A DNA stretch of 64,000 nucleotides, from the NCBI GenBank assembly GCA_963662285.2, contig CAXXMV010000006.1, forward strand, positions 1,280,001 through 1,344,000. The letters are read 5' to 3'. This DNA is from a bacterium. Lineage in GTDB: Bacteria > Hinthialibacterota > Hinthialibacteria > Hinthialibacterales > Hinthialibacteraceae. Made by a program: the position numbers and the translations under genes. The notes under the pieces are model-generated. The model saw only the letters and a list, made by a program, of their open reading frames with translations. It was not told the DNA's origin and did not search any database. Positions 58,730 to 64,000 of this stretch are shown here, in pieces (the stretch's first letter is position 1; each line of letters starts with the position of its first letter).

Positions 58730-60436
58730 ATGAAAAAATTTTATCGGTCTTATATAAAAAATAGCCTGTATCTTATTTTAGTGATTGCTTTGCTTCTTAT
58801 GTCGGCGGTTGATAGTACATATTGCAGTACTCCGGTTTACGCCAGACATGGCATGGCCGCCGGGCCGGAAGAGAATGCGGTGCGAGCGGGTGTTGAGATA
58901 TTAAAGAGCGGCGGCAATGCCTTTGATGCGGCGGCGGCTATCGGTTTCGCTTTGGCGGTAACATATCCTGCTGCGGGCAACCTGGGCGGCGGCGGTTTTA
59001 TGGTTGCTCAGACTAATGATGGTCGGCGGATTTTTCTGGATTTCAGGGAAACCGCCCCGGCTGCGGCCTCGCGTGATATGTATGTAGATAGTAATGGCGA
59101 TGTCATAAAAGGATTAAGTACGAAGACTGCTCTCGCAGTCGGCGTGCCGGGTACGGTTCATGGGTTATTTCAGATTATAGATAAATTTGGAAGCAGGAAA
59201 CGGCAGGAGATTCTTGCCCCTGCGATTCGATTGGCTGAGGAAGGATTTCCGGTTTCGTATTCACTGCATGGTTCTTTAGCATATCACCAGAAATATCTCT
59301 CCCGTTTTTCATCGTCAGCTGAGCAATTTTATGCGGAGGGAAAAGCGCCTGAGTTTGGATCGATATTTAAGCAGCCTAATCTGGCCTGGAGCCTGCGGCA
59401 AATCAGCGAGCAGGGGGCATCCGCTTTTTACCAGGGCGCCATCGCTGATCGGATTGTTCAATTTATGTCGGACAACGGCGGCATCATCACTAAAGATGAC
59501 CTTAAATCTTATGCATCAAAATTCAGGAAACCAGTGCAATTTGATTATAAAAATTATTCCATAATCGCTCCTGGTTTACCAAGTTCAGGTGGCATTGCAT
59601 TAGCTCAAATAATAAAACTGGTTGAACCGGTATCCCTGCGGGTAATGGGGCGGCATTCAGCGGAATACGTCAAAACCATTGTCGAAGCGGAGCGGTTGGC
59701 TTTCGCTGACCGCAATTATTTCCTGGGTGATTCGGATTTCGTCAAGTCGCCTGTTGAGCAATTGATCTCTGATGAATATCTTGATAACCGGCGTTCTCAA
59801 ATGAAGGGCTATTATGCGAAGAGCAGCGCAGGCGTTGCCCATGGCAAGGTAGAATCTAATGATACCACGCATTACTGCGTGGTTGATAATGAAGGTAATG
59901 TTGCGGCTATCACATATACATTAAACTCTTCTTATGGTATGGGCGGAGTTGTGGATGGCGCCGGATTTATTCTCAATAATGAAATGGATGATTTCAGCGC
60001 CCGACCGGGTAAAGCTAATATGTTCGGTCTGGTTCAGGGTGAAGCCAATGCGATTGAACCGGGGAAACGTATGCTCTCCAGCATATCTCCGACTATAGTC
60101 TTGAAAGACGGGAAATTCGCGTTTACGGTTGGCTCACCGGGCGGCCCGACCATTATTACCACCAATCTCCAGGTCATGTTGAATATGTTTGAATCGAATA
60201 TGAATATCCGGGAGGCCATTGATGCGCGGAGGTTTCATCATCAATGGATGCCTGATGTGATTGATTATGAGCGTTTCGCTTTCAGCCCTGATACGTTGCT
60301 GCACCTGGTTGGTCGAGGCTATACCCTGCATGAAAAGCGCCAGATTGGATTTGCTGTGGGAATCCAGAGAATGAGTAATGGCATCCTGGCGGGTTATGCA
60401 GATCGCAGGGGTGATGGCGCCGCTATTGGGTATTGA
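58730..60436 (+). CDS. ggt: Gamma-glutamyltransferase
   Basis: GGNAFDAAAA, GNLGGGGFM, LDFRETAP, DTTHYCVVD nucleophile Thr, LNNEMDDF, PGKRMLSSISPT, GSPGG; signal peptide. Confidence 0.96.
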   Translation: MKKFYRSYIKNSLYLILVIALLLMSAVDSTYCSTPVYARHGMAAGPEENAVRAGVEILKSGGNAFDAAAAIGFALAVTYPAAGNLGGGGFMVAQTNDGRRIFLDFRETAPAAASRDMYVDSNGDVIKGLSTKTALAVGVPGTVHGLFQIIDKFGSRKRQEILAPAIRLAEEGFPVSYSLHGSLAYHQKYLSRFSSSAEQFYAEGKAPEFGSIFKQPNLAWSLRQISEQGASAFYQGAIADRIVQFMSDNGGIITKDDLKSYASKFRKPVQFDYKNYSIIAPGLPSSGGIALAQIIKLVEPVSLRVMGRHSAEYVKTIVEAERLAFADRNYFLGDSDFVKSPVEQLISDEYLDNRRSQMKGYYAKSSAGVAHGKVESNDTTHYCVVDNEGNVAAITYTLNSSYGMGGVVDGAGFILNNEMDDFSARPGKANMFGLVQGEANAIEPGKRMLSSISPTIVLKDGKFAFTVGSPGGPTIITTNLQVMLNMFESNMNIREAIDARRFHHQWMPDVIDYERFAFSPDTLLHLVGRGYTLHEKRQIGFAVGIQRMSNGILAGYADRRGDGAAIGY

Positions 60437-60867
60437 TTGGTGAGATGATCGACGGGTATGATTCCTCCATCAAGCCTGGGATGACAACTATAGAGTAACG
60501 TAATTAAGCATATTATCTCTGCAAATGATAATCGGCGAAATTCAGGAATTGATCCCAGTCGTATTGGTTGATGGAGTGCCCGCCTTCACGGACGTGATAA
60601 CCTACGTCGCTCTTGATAATGGCCTGATTGAGGGGAGGCGACTCGATTGAGTCCAGACCTTTTTTATATGAAGAATTTATAACTGACAATCTATCATAAT
60701 TAAAATATACTTACAGAAATAGCATTGTTCTACCTTTGGAATACTCTTCATCCTGAGAATTGCGGCATCATCTCTATTCCTCTTCCCGCTATCCTTTGGT
60801 GAGTTGCATGTGTATTATTTACTTAAGTTTATCTTTATATTAATGTTATCATATCACTAGCCTACGC

Positions 60868-60901
60868 GTAGGGTGGGCTAAAAGCGAAAGCGTAGCCCAC
60901 C
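60868..60901. repeat. GTAG-type REP-like palindrome (family D)
   Basis: GTAG-GGTGGGCTA-aaagcgaaagcg-TAGCCCACC; degenerate relatives near 14527-14558 and 16206-16234. Confidence 0.65.
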
Positions 60902-60939
60902 AAGAATAACTCTTATATCGAAAGCATGGAGACAGCGAA

Positions 60940-63900
60940 TTGAGAATCCATCGGTTGTATATATTTGCGTTTTTTATTGTTATGTGTCATGCAGCAATGG
61001 GGCAGGTTGTTATCAACGAGATCATGTATAACGCTCCTGATAGTGGTTTGGAATATATTGAACTTTATAACTCAGGCGACGCGACGGTTGATCTATCCGG
61101 ATGGATGCTGAAAGATAATCGCGATTCCCATGTATTTACTCTACCGGATAACACTAAATTATCCGGCAACAGATATATTGTCATTGCCGATGATGGCGAG
61201 TTGTTTAGAACCACCTATGGAGTTAAACCTGCCGCCAGCGGTTTCACCTTCAATCTATCCAATGATGGCGACGCAGTCCGGCTGTTTGACGCCAATGGAT
61301 CAGCGATCGAATCAGTCGTGTATGACGACCGACACCCCTGGCCGGAAGAGGCGGATGGCAATGGCTCGTCGCTCGAACGCAAAAACTCACGCTTGCCGTC
61401 AGACCTGGCTTTCACCTGGGATTATTCCAATCCAAAAGAGACGCCGGGTGCAAAGAACTCAACCCATATCGACCGGATCCCTCCTCTAATACTGGATGCA
61501 GACCACTCGCCGCATATCCCGCAGCCCAACCAATCCATTACTGTTACCGCCAGAATTCTTGATGTCGATGGTGAGGTGGATTCCGTCAAGTTGTTTTACG
61601 GATGGAACAGCGGAACAAGTTATCAATCAACTAATATGACTGATGATGGTCAACATGGAGATGGTCAGGCCGGTGATGGCGTCTATGGCGCTGAAGTGGA
61701 TGGCGCTGGAACTGGCAGCATCTTCCGCTTTTATATCGAAGCGAAAGACAATCAAAACTTGGCTTCCCTTATGCCTACTGAAGGAAAAGAACAACCATAT
61801 ATGACCGCAGTGGAGAGAGCGCTTGAAGGTGAAAAAGTTCCCATACTACGGATTGTGATGCGCCCGGAAATCAACCAGCAATTTCTTAATCAATACCGAA
61901 CCGATGAATATTTTCCCGCGACGTTTTACGATGGCGACCAGGTTTATTATCAGGTGCATATCCGACATCGCGGGCGTTCCCGCATTCAAAATGGACGCTT
62001 CAAAATCCGTTTTCCCCAAAGCCAATTGTATCGCGGCAAAATCCGCCGTCTCAATTTCAATGGAACCGATACCAGTACTATATTGCGCGAATATCTAAGC
62101 TTCCAACTATATCAGGATGCCGGGTTGCCTAACCTGGAAAGCGAGCTGGTTCGTTTCCATATCAATGGTAAAACTACCCAGGGAACGCCGTACCGTGTGG
62201 CTATCGAAAATCCCGGTTCGCAATTCATCCACCGGCGCCATTACTTTGATAATGATGACGGCAACCTATATAAAATCACATTAGATGGCACGCCGGATAA
62301 CAAGGCCACATGGCGTTACGTCGGCGACGACCCCGATCTCTACCGAACTTGCTACATCAAACAGACCAACGAGGAAGAAGACGACTATAGCGATATCATA
62401 GAATTCTGCCGAGTGCTTTCTCAATCAAATCCCTGGGAACCGGAGTATCTGGATAAGGTAAATTCCGTCTTGCAATATGATAGTTTCCTGCTTTGGATGG
62501 CCGTATCAGCCTGCGTGGCGCATTGGGATTCTCCATTTACGGATCATGCCCATAACTATGTTTTGTATAACAACCCCGGAACCGGGCAATTCAATATCAT
62601 TGCCTGGGATTTAAATGGAACGTTTAGCTATACGTCAAACCAGAACGACTTGAATTACCGCAAACTGTACACTCATATTCGGTCAACCAAATTTCCAGCC
62701 ATAAATAAAATCCTGAATCACCCTGTCATGGGCGCAGAGTATTATCAAAAAATCGATGGCTTGTTGAATACGCTTTTCACCCAACAAGCCATGGATCAGA
62801 GGATAGATGCAGCAGCCAACGCTCTGAAACTGAATGCCAATTCTGTAAGATTTCTAAAAACCTACGTCACCCAACGAATCAAAGATTTATCTGAGTGGAT
62901 CAATCGTGAAAAAGGTATGGCCTTTATTACCAAGCCGGTCTATCAGGGCAGCGCCGGGCAAACCTATCTCTATCGGGCGGTTGCTAAAGACTATCGCAGC
63001 AACCAGTCCGTCACCAATACATTAAAGAAGAAGCCAAGTTGGTTAAGCGTGGATCCAAAAACCGGAGAACTGGTTGGCGTTCCTACTGAACAAGGCGATT
63101 TTGACGTCGTCCTCGAAGCAAAGAGTAAAAAGAATGTTCTGGTTGAGCAGGCATTTACCATACAAGTGGTAGACGTCCGGCCCAGGTTGATAATGACATT
63201 CAACCAGGACGGCAGTACGATAAACGACTTGAGTCCATTCGCCCATCAAGGCTCATTTCGGGGCAGCGCACGGAGAACCGAAGGCCGCTTGGGTCAGGGA
63301 CTATCTCTCAGTTCTAATTCTTATGTAACCATTCCTCATGATGAATCATTAAACCTTACTGGCTCCATCACCATTGAAGCTTGGATCAAACCAAACTCCA
63401 TCTCCACTGGAAATCCGGTAATTATGACCAAAGGAGATGAAGACGTTTTTAATTATACCCTGATGCTTGGCTATGGACCGTTTAGTTGGGATCAAATGGA
63501 GCCTTGCTTCATGCCGCATCGTTTTGATATTGAAAACCGAGTCTACTATGGGCGCAAGGAAATCGAAGCCCGGTTAAGAAATAGACAATGGGTGCATATC
63601 GCTGGAACCTATGATTCCAATGATGAACTGGTTTGCGTTTACGCCAATAACCGGCGTATCGTGGAAAGTAGTTCAAGACCGCGTATGATTGACAATACCC
63701 GCGCTCTATTAATCGGTCTGGATAACAGCCGCAGTTTCCAGGGCGTGATTGATGACGTTAAAATCCTGCCCTACGCCAAACAGGATTTCGCAGCTGGTTT
63801 ATGTATTTCACAAGTTGATATTTCAGGATTATCAGCCGCGCAGGATCGCATCGCCTTGTCTCTATCCGCATATCGCACTGATTCTATTGATACCGGGAAA

Positions 63901-64000
63901 TACTGTCTGTATCTAGCGCAATCTGACCAATGGATTGCGTTACCCTCTCAGAAGCTTGCACCAGGCAAGACGGTTTCATGGTGGCTGGATGATCTGGGTA
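60940..64000 (+). CDS. Large secreted protein: lamin-tail domain, CotH kinase, putative Ig domain, LamG (runs off window end)
   Basis: Not in ORF track. TTG start with GGAG RBS; manual in-frame translation gives VVINEIMYNAP..LEYIELYN..VDLSGW (LTD), DDGQHGDGQAGDGVYGA, HNYVLY...IIAWDLNGTF (CotH), PSWLSVDPKTGELVGVP (Ig-like), SITIEAWIKP (LamG). Confidence 0.88.
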   Translation, partial: MRIHRLYIFAFFIVMCHAAMGQVVINEIMYNAPDSGLEYIELYNSGDATVDLSGWMLKDNRDSHVFTLPDNTKLSGNRYIVIADDGELFRTTYGVKPAASGFTFNLSNDGDAVRLFDANGSAIESVVYDDRHPWPEEADGNGSSLERKNSRLPSDLAFTWDYSNPKETPGAKNSTHIDRIPPLILDADHSPHIPQPNQSITVTARILDVDGEVDSVKLFYGWNSGTSYQSTNMTDDGQHGDGQAGDGVYGAEVDGAGTGSIFRFYIEAKDNQNLASLMPTEGKEQPYMTAVERALEGEKVPILRIVMRPEINQQFLNQYRTDEYFPATFYDGDQVYYQVHIRHRGRSRIQNGRFKIRFPQSQLYRGKIRRLNFNGTDTSTILREYLSFQLYQDAGLPNLESELVRFHINGKTTQGTPYRVAIENPGSQFIHRRHYFDNDDGNLYKITLDGTPDNKATWRYVGDDPDLYRTCYIKQTNEEEDDYSDIIEFCRVLSQSNPWEPEYLDKVNSVLQYDSFLLWMAVSACVAHWDSPFTDHAHNYVLYNNPGTGQFNIIAWDLNGTFSYTSNQNDLNYRKLYTHIRSTKFPAINKILNHPVMGAEYYQKIDGLLNTLFTQQAMDQRIDAAANALKLNANSVRFLKTYVTQRIKDLSEWINREKGMAFITKPVYQGSAGQTYLYRAVAKDYRSNQSVTNTLKKKPSWLSVDPKTGELVGVPTEQGDFDVVLEAKSKKNVLVEQAFTIQVVDVRPRLIMTFNQDGSTINDLSPFAHQGSFRGSARRTEGRLGQGLSLSSNSYVTIPHDESLNLTGSITIEAWIKPNSISTGNPVIMTKGDEDVFNYTLMLGYGPFSWDQMEPCFMPHRFDIENRVYYGRKEIEARLRNRQWVHIAGTYDSNDELVCVYANNRRIVESSSRPRMIDNTRALLIGLDNSRSFQGVIDDVKILPYAKQDFAAGLCISQVDISGLSAAQDRIALSLSAYRTDSIDTGKYCLYLAQSDQWIALPSQKLAPGKTVSWWLDDLG

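Noticed and set aside
60440-60660. Degenerate GATTCC...GGGATGAC-type repeat remnants or an ncRNA after ggt
   Set aside because: Too degenerate, with no second clear copy in the window and no recognisable RNA family.
722-63249. Many short ORFs in the track overlapping long genes (e.g. 3087-3653, 13426-14031, 33750-34226, 51500-51823, 61130-61489)
   Set aside because: Antisense or alternate-frame shadows of well-supported genes, with no motifs or RBS.
1-64000. rRNA, tRNA or known riboswitches
   Set aside because: No recognisable cloverleaf, rRNA signature or riboswitch consensus by eye; an Infernal/tRNAscan run would be needed to exclude them formally.

Overview
Bacterial chromosomal window. 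A ~35 kb, almost entirely co-directional cluster for dissimilatory sulfur metabolism (16980-51732) sits between glycan-degradation and cell-surface genes. Gene order: sat, aprBA, Zn-ribbon, YkgJ-type, qmoABC, YeiH-type exporter, small ORF, antisense tauE, Npsr/CoADR-rhodanese, dsrL-dsrAB-atypical dsrD-dsrN-dsrC-dsrT-dsrMKJOP, CMK-like protein, receiver protein, histidine kinase, sulP, then a convergent 11-heme cytochrome with a 4-Cys microprotein. The cluster looks mosaic: Sat resembles sulfur-oxidizer enzymes, AprBA resembles the Gram-positive-SRB lineage, DsrAB is reductive-type, DsrL is group 2, and the gene at the dsrD position is non-canonical. No dsrEFH or sox genes are in the window. 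Flanks encode nagB (partial), FG-GAP propellers, a GH38-like enzyme, malic enzyme, an SSS transporter, a YdjC deacetylase, a frameshifted serine hydrolase, thrB, two unusual fusion enzymes (isomerase-aldolase and degenerate transketolase-aminotransferase), a pseudopilin, ggt and a partial LTD-CotH-Ig-LamG protein. These point to a polysaccharide-degrading host outside the classical sulfate reducers. At least four families of short dispersed palindromic repeats occur in intergenic regions. No rRNA, tRNA, CRISPR array or transposase was seen. All family assignments come from motif recognition by eye, not database searches.
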